A DNA stretch of 64,000 bases from Meyerozyma guilliermondii (Eukaryota): contig CP128815.1 of assembly GCA_051546255.1 (NCBI GenBank), positions 992,001 to 1,056,000 on the forward strand, given 5' to 3'. Below the pieces are notes generated by a model. That model saw only the letters and a list, made by a program, of their open reading frames with translations. It had not been told where the DNA came from and ran no database searches. Made by a program: the position numbers and the translations under genes. The number at the start of each line of letters is the position of its first letter. Position 1 is the first letter of the stretch. Below, piece after piece: positions 9,103-19,759 of the stretch.

Positions 9103-11445
9103 ATGTCACAATTCCCTGTCGCCAGCGACTTGAATGCAACTTGGTCGTTCATCCAGCCCGGCCTCGAGTTCATATTGGGGGCCCTGGGAGATGTGGGTGT
9201 GACTTCCAAAATGTATATGAATTGTTACACTGCAATTTACAACTATTGTACTAACAAATCACGGCATAGTGCTGCCCCCTCATTGAGTAGTGGGGGAGCA
9301 GGAACAAACCTGTACTCTGGTGCTGAGATATACCTCAAGCTAGACGAGTATTTGGTGCAATTTATTTCCAGTTTGGAAAAATCACCAGACGAAACATTTT
9401 TGGAATTTTACGTTCGAAAATGGACCAGATTTACCATTGGTGCTGGGTACCTCAATAACGTGTTTGACTACATGAATCGATACTGGGTTCAAAAGGAGCG
9501 CTCAGACGGGCGCCGTGACGTTTTCGACGTCAGCACACTTGCTTTACTCAAGTGGAAAACCCACATGTTCAATAATAACAAGGAGAGCTTGATTAGTGAA
9601 GTTTTGGCCCGAATTGAACGCCAGAGAAATAATGAGTTGGTGGATACCAGTTCTCTCTCCACCGCCATCAAATCACTCGTATTCTTGGGCATTGATGTCC
9701 AGGACTTGAAAAAGCCTAATTTGGTGGTGTACATCAATCACTTTGAACTTCGGTTTTTGGAAGAAACAAAGGAGTACTACAAAAAGGAAAGCTTCCAATT
9801 CCTCCAGCATCATAATGTGGTAGATTACATGCGCAAATGTGAGACCCGTTTAGCTGAGGAAATTTCACGGTCCAATAACTACTTGGAAGAACACACCAAG
9901 AAGCCTCTTTTAGACACCCTCAATCAGGCCCTTATAGAAGATCATGCCGAGGAAATGTACAGTGAATTCTTGGGGCTTTTGGAACAGAGCGAAACTGACC
10001 ATATTCAACGCATGTACAAGTTGTTGTCGCGGGTTCCAGCTACCTTACAACCACTCGCAGACACCCTTGAAAGGTACATCAAGGATGAAGCAGCAAAAGC
10101 CATCGATGACATAAAAAAACAGAACGAGCAACAAGTACAAGACGCAGCTAATGCTACTCCCGAATCTGGCAAATCCAAGAGGTCATCGCCCGGTGCGACA
10201 AATCCTCGCACATATGTTCACTTATTGATTTCCATTTATCTTCGATTCAATGAGGTTGTTTCTGTTGCCTTCAGCAAGGATCCCATTTTCATCAAGTCAT
10301 TGGATAATGCATGCCGATTCTTTGTGAATAAAAATTCTATCGCAACCCCAGCTCTCAAGTCAAATTGCAAAACTCCCGATTTATTAGCTCGTTACGCTGA
10401 TTCATACCTTAAAGGAAGCAGCAAGGAAAGCGATACCACTGAGCTTAATCCTGATATATTAATGATAATCTTCAAATTCATTGAGGATAAGGATGCATTT
10501 GAAGAGCATTACCGTCGTTTGTTGGCGAAACGTTTGATAAACAGCAATACTAAATCAGACGAACTTGAGGAAAGTATTATTCAAAGGTTACAAGAGGAAA
10601 ATTCTTTGGAATATACCTCGAAGATGACCAAGATGTTTCAAGACATGAAAGCGTCCGAAGATTTGAAGAATCTCTTGCGAGCAGAAATTGTCCAGTTTGA
10701 CAACTCCGTCAAGGATTTCACTCCCTTAATACTTGCTCAGAGCATGTGGCCGTTCACACATATGGAAGATTACAAATTAAACTTGGCACCCGAGTTAATG
10801 CCGTCATTTGACAAGCTATTAGCGTTGTACAAGGAGAAACACAGCGGTCGTCAATTAAAGTGGCTTTGGAACCATGGAAAGAGTGAGGTGAAAGCCAACT
10901 TGTCACGAAAGGGAAAGCCACCATTCTTGTTCACTGTAACGAATGTTCAGTTGATGATCTTGCTTGCTTTCAATAAAAGCAATACTTACACCTTTGACCA
11001 ACTTTTGGAAATAGTTGGAGTTGCTAAGCATACATTCGAGGCTCATTTAATCCCTTTTGTCAAGTACAAGCTTTTGGAGCAATCGCCAAGTGGTACTGCT
11101 GAATTCAGTAAAGGAAATACCACCTTTACTATGGTGGAAGAGTACAAGTCTAAAAAGCTTCGTGTAAATTTCGTGAGCTCCATCAAGTCAGAACAGAAAC
11201 AAGACGAAGTCGATGCCAACAAGGAAATCGACGAATCTAGAAAGAATTTCCTTTCTGCTTGTATTGTGCGTATCATGAAGGCTAGAAAGCAGATCAAACA
11301 TAATGAGTTGGTTAATGAAGTTGCAACCCAAGCCTTGACCCGGTTTAGAGCTCGCATAATTGATATCAAGAAAGTCATCGATTACTTGATTGAAAAAGAG
11401 TACTTACGTCGGTTGGAGAATGACATGTACGAATACCTAGCATAG
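9103..11445 (+). CDS. CDC53: Cullin-1 scaffold of SCF
   Basis: YTAIYNYC, FDYMNRYWV, DKDAFEEHYRRLLAKRL and the neddylation motif IVRIMKARK. First ATG at 9103. Confidence 0.95.
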   Translation: MSQFPVASDLNATWSFIQPGLEFILGALGDVGVTSKMYMNCYTAIYNYCTNKSRHSAAPSLSSGGAGTNLYSGAEIYLKLDEYLVQFISSLEKSPDETFLEFYVRKWTRFTIGAGYLNNVFDYMNRYWVQKERSDGRRDVFDVSTLALLKWKTHMFNNNKESLISEVLARIERQRNNELVDTSSLSTAIKSLVFLGIDVQDLKKPNLVVYINHFELRFLEETKEYYKKESFQFLQHHNVVDYMRKCETRLAEEISRSNNYLEEHTKKPLLDTLNQALIEDHAEEMYSEFLGLLEQSETDHIQRMYKLLSRVPATLQPLADTLERYIKDEAAKAIDDIKKQNEQQVQDAANATPESGKSKRSSPGATNPRTYVHLLISIYLRFNEVVSVAFSKDPIFIKSLDNACRFFVNKNSIATPALKSNCKTPDLLARYADSYLKGSSKESDTTELNPDILMIIFKFIEDKDAFEEHYRRLLAKRLINSNTKSDELEESIIQRLQEENSLEYTSKMTKMFQDMKASEDLKNLLRAEIVQFDNSVKDFTPLILAQSMWPFTHMEDYKLNLAPELMPSFDKLLALYKEKHSGRQLKWLWNHGKSEVKANLSRKGKPPFLFTVTNVQLMILLAFNKSNTYTFDQLLEIVGVAKHTFEAHLIPFVKYKLLEQSPSGTAEFSKGNTTFTMVEEYKSKKLRVNFVSSIKSEQKQDEVDANKEIDESRKNFLSACIVRIMKARKQIKHNELVNEVATQALTRFRARIIDIKKVIDYLIEKEYLRRLENDMYEYLA

Positions 11446-11523
11446 TGAGCTTACACATAATACTCCATACATCAAAAATATGTAGGTGCGCGGATGTCAT
11501 CTCTCACCAACTACTCTCGGTCA

Positions 11524-12525
11524 ATGTCTGTAGTCAAAAGGCAGAAAGTTGATGACTCTTTGATTGTCCACGACAACAAGGATGTCCATAGGAAGGGGAA
11601 GGTATTATATGATAATGCTGTTGCTCTAGAAGGCCACGAGGGAGCAGTTCTTACATCCAGGTTTAATACTTCTGGGACAAGCTTGGCTACTGGAGGCATG
11701 GATAAGCAGATTCTTTTATGGAATTTACCCACAGAGTCCGAAGATCAAGAGTACAATTATGGTGTACTTAAGGGGCATAAAGGAGCCGTGACTCGAGTTC
11801 AATATCAGGATACAGTATTAGTTTCAGCCAGCGCAGACTCAACACTTGGAATTTGGGATTGTGAAACTGGAGCTCGTATACGAAAGTGCACAGGACACGA
11901 ACTTGTGATTAATGATGTATCGATGAGAGACGAAACCAGCTTTGTATCTGCTTGCGATGATGGTATTTCACATATTTGGGACGTTCGAGAAAAGAGACCG
12001 GTTGGCACTATAAAGTCAGATTTTCCAATCCTTGCATGTACTATCAATAGTCGCCGGACGAGCTTTTATTTGGCAGGTATAGATCCCACTATTAGGTGCT
12101 ATGATTTCCGAAAACTTGATACTGCCAATTGGTCCGTGGAGGGACAGGTCGATTCTGTATCTTCACTATCTATCAACCACGACGACTCTATTCTCGTTTC
12201 ACGATCCTTGAAGGGAATAGTAAAGACTTTCAATGCCAAGGACTTTGTTCCAAAGGGAATGTCCAGAGCTAATCCATTCATGTACGATGGAGCTCCTTCA
12301 GGAAAAGAAAACTACCTAATTCGAGCATGCTTCAACCCATCCTCTACACTAATACTATCAGGGTCTGAGGATAAGACTACGACAGTATGGAGCTATGCTA
12401 CCAGAAAGATGCAGAACAAGTACGATGGTCATAATGGAACAGTAATTGATGTTGATCATCATCCACTGCTAGCTGTTATAGCTTCATCATCCACTGATGG
12501 AACTGTGATATTACGAGAAATATGA
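11524..12525 (+). CDS. WD40-repeat protein, U5 snRNP 40-kDa (SNRNP40/Spf38)-like
   Basis: WD repeats with D..ILLW, NYGVLKGHKGAV, SASAD..LGIWD.ETG.RIRK..GH and GH.G.V.DVD.HP. The second ATG is the probable start. Confidence 0.75.
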   Translation: MSVVKRQKVDDSLIVHDNKDVHRKGKVLYDNAVALEGHEGAVLTSRFNTSGTSLATGGMDKQILLWNLPTESEDQEYNYGVLKGHKGAVTRVQYQDTVLVSASADSTLGIWDCETGARIRKCTGHELVINDVSMRDETSFVSACDDGISHIWDVREKRPVGTIKSDFPILACTINSRRTSFYLAGIDPTIRCYDFRKLDTANWSVEGQVDSVSSLSINHDDSILVSRSLKGIVKTFNAKDFVPKGMSRANPFMYDGAPSGKENYLIRACFNPSSTLILSGSEDKTTTVWSYATRKMQNKYDGHNGTVIDVDHHPLLAVIASSSTDGTVILREI

Positions 12526-12554
12526 CCGAAGCATTGAATCTATATGTAATATAC

Positions 12555-15500
12555 TTAGAATCTGACCTTTTTCCGGGAAGGTTGTAATCTGCCCTGGGTT
12601 CGTTTTTCATCAATTGTCTCATCTGCCGCTGGTGCTTCTTCCATAAACCTTTTCAAAAACTGATCCCGCACAAATTCCTTATTAAGTTTTGTATTTTTGG
12701 CGCTGTTCATCTTTGACAAGTTTGACTCAGTGAACAAGTACACCATCCAATTTCTAAGCCCGTCATCAATAAAATCGGTGTGGTTTTCCAATGCATCTTC
12801 GAAGATTTTTTCAGCAATATTATATTCAGAATTTGTTAATGGTGCAACGAAAGGTGAGTACTCAAGATCAGTTTCCTGCTGGCTGAGAAATCTGTGTTTG
12901 AGAATAAACTCTTGCATGCCTGTATCATCTATGACATATTTTTGTTCTCGATCGTTCTCTTCTGTCTCTTGTGATCGCTTGCGGTAAATTTCCTCTTCAA
13001 GAGTATTTTTCAATATAAGCGTTTCGACCCTCACGGCTTTCGTTTGTCCAATTCTATGTGCCCTTTTGATTGCTTGGGCTTCTACTGACCTCAGCCATAC
13101 TGGACTTGTGAAATAAACGTGAGTGGCTGCAGTTATATTCAAACCGTGAGCTGCGAGGTTGATGTCCATTATTAAGGTAATACCATTATCAGGTCCTTGG
13201 GGAAAAGTGCTAAACTTGGTGAGATTTGTTGCTCTTTCTGCTGGGTTTATGAAAGTAGCATATAAAATATACTCAATTCCCATAACATCTAAAAGTTCAG
13301 ATAAGTAATATGCACTGTCTTCAAATTCAAAGAATACCAATGATTTGATACCTTCTCTTCGATTCTCCAAAAGACGGGCTCCAAGGTATGAAAGTTTAGA
13401 GGAGGCAGTTCCAAGTATTCGAGCCCGTTTAATGTGATTGAAGTTTAAGTTTGACTGATAATTTGATACGCTTGAATGCACTTCTCGTGCCTCCAATATC
13501 TTATCTTCTGGACGAAGTTGAGTATTTGAGAGGTCAAGATTCTTCTTTCTCAATGGGGAGGTGGACGCCGACTTCTGGCCCTTGCCATTCAAGGAATCAG
13601 AAAAGGTATTAGTCAGGTCGTTCATCACCTTGAAATGCTGATTTGCATCCAACTTGTTGAATCTTTCAGAATTTCGCTTGGCAACGTCAACCCAGTAGTT
13701 CTCCCAAAACGGTTTTGCCAATGCTTTAAGCTTCTCTTCAACCATCTCTTGGTTTGCAAAGTTCATAAATCGATTCTTGTAAAAGAATTCCTGAACACAA
13801 TGTAAATGAGGAGCACCGAAAACGCTAATATCATCTTCTTCGCCATTAATATCCATTCGTTCGAGAGCACCCGTACCAAAGACCCTTGTGAATATATCTG
13901 GGAGTCCTTCAACGTAGTAACACATTTCATGTAACAATGCCAGAGTTCTCCATCGTCCATTCAACAAGGCTTTCTTCGATATCTCTAAGGATTTCTCCAA
14001 TAAACGAGTGTCTTCATTATTATAGATTTTTGAGCCAGTTTCTGTAGTCTTGGAAAGCGCAGTCTTGCAAATATCTATCAAGGTCTTGATATCATCTGGT
14101 TTGAAACCAGTCCAATGGAACGTTGCTCGTTGCATATTGGTTACTAATCGACGCAACTGTTGCCTATTGCTAGGATGAAACATGTAGTCTGAGTCAGTTC
14201 TTTCTGACGTCACTGCATTGACCGCCAATACCGCTGTGAACAAATTAATGGATAAGGTGTTGTGGAAGGACGGCTCCAAAAATACAGGAACATGTCGTAA
14301 AGGAGGTAACTCTACCTCTTTTTCAACTTCTCGTAAGTCATGTCGAACGACTAGTGCATTCAAGAGCTGATAAAGACTCACCCTAGACTGAGAGTTGTTG
14401 GATATCATAGGCTTGATGACACTGTTAGCCCAATACTTTGGTTGTGAATGAAAAGGTTCAACTTTCAAAAAACTACCAATGGTCACTCCTAGCTTGGAGA
14501 GATCATCCTTGGCATTGAACTTGTTCTTTATGGTATACCTATTCTTCTTCGTGGGGCTGGCCAAAATATCATCATCTCCCTCTTCTTCATCCATCTGGAG
14601 TCTTGTCATGCCTGAGGTGGGCGTTCCAGTAACAGCCCATCGTCGTTCAGCGTACAATTCTTTGCATAGTTGACTCACTCGGGAATTCTTGGAGTTCATG
14701 GAATGTCCCTCATCAACTATAAGCCTCTTCCAGTACACTTTAAATATTGGATTTTCCTCCATCTCCATCATGTCCAACAGCCTAGCTAGTACTGAAGACG
14801 ATATCAATATCATATCGTAGCTTAGAAGCTGGAGTGGGTCAGAAGGGATCAGGTTTTGAAATGTAGCCAGCGTCGTGACATGCTTTTTCTGGAATTGACT
14901 AAGCACAAAAAGCACTTTGAGATAAGATTGGTGAAGATGAAGTTTCATTTCGTCATTCCACTGGTGAAATAGGTTATCTGGAACAACCACCAAAGTCGTC
15001 GAGCACTTGTAAAGGGTTTTATAGACGACACCTTCTCCATGAATATTTGAATCGAGGGTCTCTTGTCTATAGGTTTCATTTCTCGTCATTCTGTTATTGA
15101 TGTTAGATGTAGTATCGAAAAGCGATATTTTGAAATGACCCGGCAATGAGTTCATGTAATGTCTCACCGAAGGCGGTAAGTCGTCCCAGTAATATTTCCA
15201 TGGGATGGAAGACTTGTTAACAGTGTCTCTAGAAATCTCAACCAATGATTTTATCAGAGATATCTGGCCATCGCTTTCGTCTTCATACACCATTACATCT
15301 TCTGGAACTTTGGATATTTCGTGTTTCGTTAAAGATATCAAACTGAGACATATGAGAGTTTTACCGAGCCCCATATTCTCCGCAAGTATTCCTCCTCTAG
15401 GAAGTGAGAAGAGATCCGGCTCGAGACAAAATTTGTTATTCAGACAGTCAAAGTAGTAAACTTGGCCGTTCACTGGACTCTGTATCTCAATGAAGCTAGG

Positions 15501-16346
15501 TAGAGTATCCACTGAAGGCTCAGATTCCTTTTCGTACATTTTGCAAAGAGAGCGAACTTGGAATGGATAAAGGGCCGATTTCACACCAGGCACCACAACC
15601 GGACCATCTTCAGCTGCTTTGACTAGTTTCGCAATCGTCTGTTCATGACTTGGCGGTTGGTTGGAAAAAACTTGGACGACTTTCTTGTACTTTGACAAGT
15701 CTGGAGACTTGATGGAACTGTATAGCTGCTGGAGTTGTGATTGCAAAGACTCGATATTTTTCAGAGGAAGCGGAAAAGAAAACTGCCATCTGTTTCGCCA
15801 GCGTTCCATGTGATAATTGGATGTTGAAGTCGGAAGTGACAATTGAGTAGACACCGGTACTAGTATAGTAGGAACTAAGACCAGTTCCAGATGCCATTGA
15901 CTCTGGTTAAAATCAGTAACATTAGCGACACGAGACCAAGATTTTACAAACGTCTTTTGGAAGGTAGAATGGCCTCGAAACATTGAACGCCAGCGTTCTA
16001 TAGTTCGAGAATAAGGTCTATCAGTAGGAGCAGCATATAGACGAATTTTGCACAACCGCAATTCACCCATCTTAATCATCTTATAAGTACAAACAAAGTA
16101 CTTGTATGTCACTAGGAAGCGTAGGTCACGAACCACATCGTTAGTCGTGTTATAAAAGTCATGTGGTAACATATTGACGTCAAACCATTTCCATTCGAGG
16201 TCGCTATTTTCACTCTTTTCGGCTGGCAAACCATTGTAATCGAAGCCTGCTGGTATATCAGCTAAAAAGACAATACCAACCGGGATTAGCTGGGCCAAGT
16301 CATTTGTAGCGTGGTATATTCGCTGTTGTTCATCCAGCACTACCAT
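12555..16346 (-). CDS. SNF2-family ATPase/helicase (Rad5/Rad16-like group), uncharacterised
   Basis: GGILAENMGLGKT, TLVVVP, WKRLIVDEGH, RWAVTGTP, AAHGLNITAA and QAIKRAHRIGQ. First ATG at 16346. Confidence 0.88.
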   Translation of the reverse strand: MVVLDEQQRIYHATNDLAQLIPVGIVFLADIPAGFDYNGLPAEKSENSDLEWKWFDVNMLPHDFYNTTNDVVRDLRFLVTYKYFVCTYKMIKMGELRLCKIRLYAAPTDRPYSRTIERWRSMFRGHSTFQKTFVKSWSRVANVTDFNQSQWHLELVLVPTILVPVSTQLSLPTSTSNYHMERWRNRWQFSFPLPLKNIESLQSQLQQLYSSIKSPDLSKYKKVVQVFSNQPPSHEQTIAKLVKAAEDGPVVVPGVKSALYPFQVRSLCKMYEKESEPSVDTLPSFIEIQSPVNGQVYYFDCLNNKFCLEPDLFSLPRGGILAENMGLGKTLICLSLISLTKHEISKVPEDVMVYEDESDGQISLIKSLVEISRDTVNKSSIPWKYYWDDLPPSVRHYMNSLPGHFKISLFDTTSNINNRMTRNETYRQETLDSNIHGEGVVYKTLYKCSTTLVVVPDNLFHQWNDEMKLHLHQSYLKVLFVLSQFQKKHVTTLATFQNLIPSDPLQLLSYDMILISSSVLARLLDMMEMEENPIFKVYWKRLIVDEGHSMNSKNSRVSQLCKELYAERRWAVTGTPTSGMTRLQMDEEEGDDDILASPTKKNRYTIKNKFNAKDDLSKLGVTIGSFLKVEPFHSQPKYWANSVIKPMISNNSQSRVSLYQLLNALVVRHDLREVEKEVELPPLRHVPVFLEPSFHNTLSINLFTAVLAVNAVTSERTDSDYMFHPSNRQQLRRLVTNMQRATFHWTGFKPDDIKTLIDICKTALSKTTETGSKIYNNEDTRLLEKSLEISKKALLNGRWRTLALLHEMCYYVEGLPDIFTRVFGTGALERMDINGEEDDISVFGAPHLHCVQEFFYKNRFMNFANQEMVEEKLKALAKPFWENYWVDVAKRNSERFNKLDANQHFKVMNDLTNTFSDSLNGKGQKSASTSPLRKKNLDLSNTQLRPEDKILEAREVHSSVSNYQSNLNFNHIKRARILGTASSKLSYLGARLLENRREGIKSLVFFEFEDSAYYLSELLDVMGIEYILYATFINPAERATNLTKFSTFPQGPDNGITLIMDINLAAHGLNITAATHVYFTSPVWLRSVEAQAIKRAHRIGQTKAVRVETLILKNTLEEEIYRKRSQETEENDREQKYVIDDTGMQEFILKHRFLSQQETDLEYSPFVAPLTNSEYNIAEKIFEDALENHTDFIDDGLRNWMVYLFTESNLSKMNSAKNTKLNKEFVRDQFLKRFMEEAPAADETIDEKRTQGRLQPSRKKVRF

Positions 16347-16480
16347 TTGGTAGGAGAGATGTGCAACAACTTTGATAGAGGACTGCAGGCGAGATGCGAT
16401 AATTGAGTTGCGACTGGCACCGTGCTTATCACAAAAGGGTGATTTAGTAGAGCTGGATCGAACTACCAAAAAAATCAGCA

Positions 16481-19225
16481 ATGAAGACGCTGCTTCTTCA
16501 GATTCCTCTTAAAAAGACCGAAGATGTCAATTGGACAAAAACTTTGAACAACTACTTGGTGTCCGTCTACGGGAGCTCCTCCGAGTGTCAACAGGACTTG
16601 ACAAACTTCAATAAATTGCGCCTGGACCTTCGTGGCTGTCATGCCGACAGCACAGGAATAAGACTCTATTTCAAATACTATAGCCAGCTTGAACTCTTGG
16701 ACCTACGAGTACCATTTGAAACGGCAAATAGACACAAAAAGTTGGAATTCAAGTGGTACGATGCTTTCAATCCTTCTGAGTCTTACAAACAGCATGCATT
16801 GGCGTTTGAGAAAGCCAGTATTCTCTTCAATTTGGGAGCATTATTAGCGAAACTCGCAAACTCAAAGTACCAGGAATCACAGAGAAATTCATCTACGTCG
16901 TCGGAGACTGATGGAGCATTTAAAGAGTCATTGCAATTGTTCCAACAGGCAGCGGGTGTATATGAGTTTCTTCGAGAAAACTTCTTACATGCACCCTCCA
17001 AGGACCTTGGGCAATCTACAATCAAGTTTTTAGTAAGATTGACATTAGGTCAAGCCCAGGAAGTATTCCTTTTGAAAGTTATTAGTGGTGATACCGAGCA
17101 GAAACAGAATTCTCTTATTGCAAAGCTTTGCAGCAGTGCATCGGTTTATTATGACGAATGCTATTCGATGTCAAAGAATGCGGCTGAATCAAAAGACTCG
17201 AAATTTGACTCGTCAGGTTACACTATTGTTGATACAGCAACTGATGAGTTCGATGACTTTGAGGAGGATGCTGCTCATTTGAGCTCGGATTATGATCCTG
17301 ACTCTTCCGATCTGCCCCAGGTCGTTGCTAGCTTGGACCCATACTGGCCTGATTCAATGTTCTTAAAAAAAAATCTTTACAAGTCTCTCTCCCATTATCA
17401 TTTTGCACTCAACCTGGAAAATACGAAAAAGTACGGAGAAGCTATTGCTCATTTAACAAGATCTCTCAAAATATTGAATGAAATTGACCCGAAATTCTTG
17501 AAAAATTTCGAAACTCACGGCGGTGTGGAAGCATACGAGCTCTTAGATTTCTGCAAGTACCAAAAAGAAGTCATTGGAATCAAATTGAATGACCTTGAAA
17601 AAGACAATGATTTCATCTATCACGAAATTGTTCCATCCGAAGCAACTTTGCCCGAAATCAAGCCTCTTGATTCTGCTAAAGCTGTACCTTTGAATAACAA
17701 CAAATTGTTCAATGAAGTAAGCGAGAACAACTACAACAATTTCTTGAAAAGCGTTGTACCGATCCACATTCATGAATTGATGAGCTACTACTCGGAGCAA
17801 AAGGCACAATTTCTCAGAAACGAACTTGATTTGGTAGATGTGTCTGATGAGGAATTGTCGTCCGCATTGGGGTACTTGAAAATGCCCAAAGCCCTAGTCA
17901 TGTTGAAAGAGATGTTACAAAATGCTAATGCAACATCTAGTGGCACATCGAGTGAGATAAATCCCGAGATTATAAACATTGCCATGAACATTCAGGCGTC
18001 CCACCAGACTGATACAACGAATCGCAAAATGCTCGTCGACCTTCGGCAGCAAATATTCGATACTGTTAGTGAGGTAGATTCCATTCTTGCCAATCAGATG
18101 TCAGACACTTCTGTATTAAAGGACGATTTGATGAAGGTCAAAAAATCACTCTTCGATGCTAGTAACTCGGATGGGAAGTTGTTGAATCTTGTCAACAGCG
18201 AAAACATGGCCCTTTATTCAATTCTAGGCAAAGGACCCGACTCTCTGGAGTTTCGCCAGCTTTTTGAGACAAAGAGTCCTAGTAAAAAATCTAATGAGTT
18301 GAGTCTCTTGGATATGGATGAGACACAAATAGCGAACATGGATATTGGAGGCCGGATCAAAGCTCTTGAGGAGACGTTGCATGAGCTAAATTTGATCAAA
18401 CAAAAAAAGAAACAGCTCATTGAGTCATTGAAAGAAGCGATTCACAAAGATGACATTTCAGATATCTTGATCTTGAACAGCAATGTGAAATCTGTTAACG
18501 AGATCAAAACCGTCATTTTTGAAGAGGAACTTAAAAAATTTGATCCCTACGGGAAGGAGCTCGACAATCTTTTGACTCGCCAGAAGGATGTAGTGAGCAA
18601 ATTGACAAACGACTGGCAAGCACTTAGTTCCAACCCGGAAGTGAAAGATATACAGTCGTCTACCCAGTTCAAGCAGCAGACGATGGTGTTACAATCAAAG
18701 AAGATAAAGGAGTTTTACGACAACAATTGGCTAGCCTACAGTGAAGGTCTCACCAAAGGAGTTGGATTCTACAAACAACTCTTGGGCTTTGTTCAAACGT
18801 TGAAAAATCGGGCACTAAACAACTCGCAGGCCAGCATTGAAGACCGTTTTAGAGCAATGAATGTCAATTCTCGGGCGGGTCCTCAAGTTCCTCCACAGTC
18901 TTCCGGCAATCGTACATCGTTTTCCACCAGTGGTCCACAGTACTCACTTGAGAGAAGACAAACTCAAAGTTCAATAAGTCTGGCCTCTGACTATAACTCA
19001 TACCAGGTACCACTACAAGTTGGAAATCAGCTCACCGGGACTTTATCGGCCCAATCTAGTGGTGGTGCTAGTTACAATCGGCCGGCACCGGCACTTCCTC
19101 CCAAGCCACCAAAAGAAGGCTATGCCCAGCAGCCGCAGCAGCCAGCAAAGCCCACAGATGGTTTGATCTACAACCAGCCGTCGACGTACCTGCCCAATAT
19201 GTACAACTTCTTTTCTAACAGCTAG
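16481..19225 (+). CDS. BRO1: ESCRT-III-associated Bro1
   Basis: KYYSQLELLDLR, FKWYDAF, LAFEKASILFNLGA, KDNDFIYHEIVP, V domain and Pro-rich tail ending YNFF. Confidence 0.93.
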   Translation: MKTLLLQIPLKKTEDVNWTKTLNNYLVSVYGSSSECQQDLTNFNKLRLDLRGCHADSTGIRLYFKYYSQLELLDLRVPFETANRHKKLEFKWYDAFNPSESYKQHALAFEKASILFNLGALLAKLANSKYQESQRNSSTSSETDGAFKESLQLFQQAAGVYEFLRENFLHAPSKDLGQSTIKFLVRLTLGQAQEVFLLKVISGDTEQKQNSLIAKLCSSASVYYDECYSMSKNAAESKDSKFDSSGYTIVDTATDEFDDFEEDAAHLSSDYDPDSSDLPQVVASLDPYWPDSMFLKKNLYKSLSHYHFALNLENTKKYGEAIAHLTRSLKILNEIDPKFLKNFETHGGVEAYELLDFCKYQKEVIGIKLNDLEKDNDFIYHEIVPSEATLPEIKPLDSAKAVPLNNNKLFNEVSENNYNNFLKSVVPIHIHELMSYYSEQKAQFLRNELDLVDVSDEELSSALGYLKMPKALVMLKEMLQNANATSSGTSSEINPEIINIAMNIQASHQTDTTNRKMLVDLRQQIFDTVSEVDSILANQMSDTSVLKDDLMKVKKSLFDASNSDGKLLNLVNSENMALYSILGKGPDSLEFRQLFETKSPSKKSNELSLLDMDETQIANMDIGGRIKALEETLHELNLIKQKKKQLIESLKEAIHKDDISDILILNSNVKSVNEIKTVIFEEELKKFDPYGKELDNLLTRQKDVVSKLTNDWQALSSNPEVKDIQSSTQFKQQTMVLQSKKIKEFYDNNWLAYSEGLTKGVGFYKQLLGFVQTLKNRALNNSQASIEDRFRAMNVNSRAGPQVPPQSSGNRTSFSTSGPQYSLERRQTQSSISLASDYNSYQVPLQVGNQLTGTLSAQSSGGASYNRPAPALPPKPPKEGYAQQPQQPAKPTDGLIYNQPSTYLPNMYNFFSNS

Positions 19226-19759
19226 ACATACGAAATGGACATCAAGTCAATAAAGATAGTCTTGCAGTCTATTGTAATTTGCAGCCAATTAAACCAAACA
19301 GTTAGTGTAGTATTTTTGGTCAAAAATCGCTAAAATACAGTCAATGCAATATCATGCCATTGAGAATGCAATTGGCTCAGTAGTTTCTTTACCCGATGAT
19401 TTTATGCCGATATTCAAAGAATCGTACTTCTACGAACCACATTGGACTGTATATGCAACATATTACGAGCCCACCCAAAATGGGTAAATGAAAATAGTTA
19501 CCCGGGGATCCTATAATTAGGACCGCGCCTCGATGATCTAGTGCCAGTGAGAAATTTAATCAGTTCAAGAAGAGTCTGAATCTCCTTACCATTCGTTAAT
19601 TAACATCTCGGCTCAGTCTCTCTCTTAGAGCCTGCTAGGTAAAAGCATAGGATCCAGGTCGTTGCTTTAATTTTTCTCTTGAATCAGGAATTTGCTATTT
19701 TTCAATCCGGTCGTTTAAACAGCGGCTTTTGCTATATCTTTTGCTGAATCTCGGTTGAA

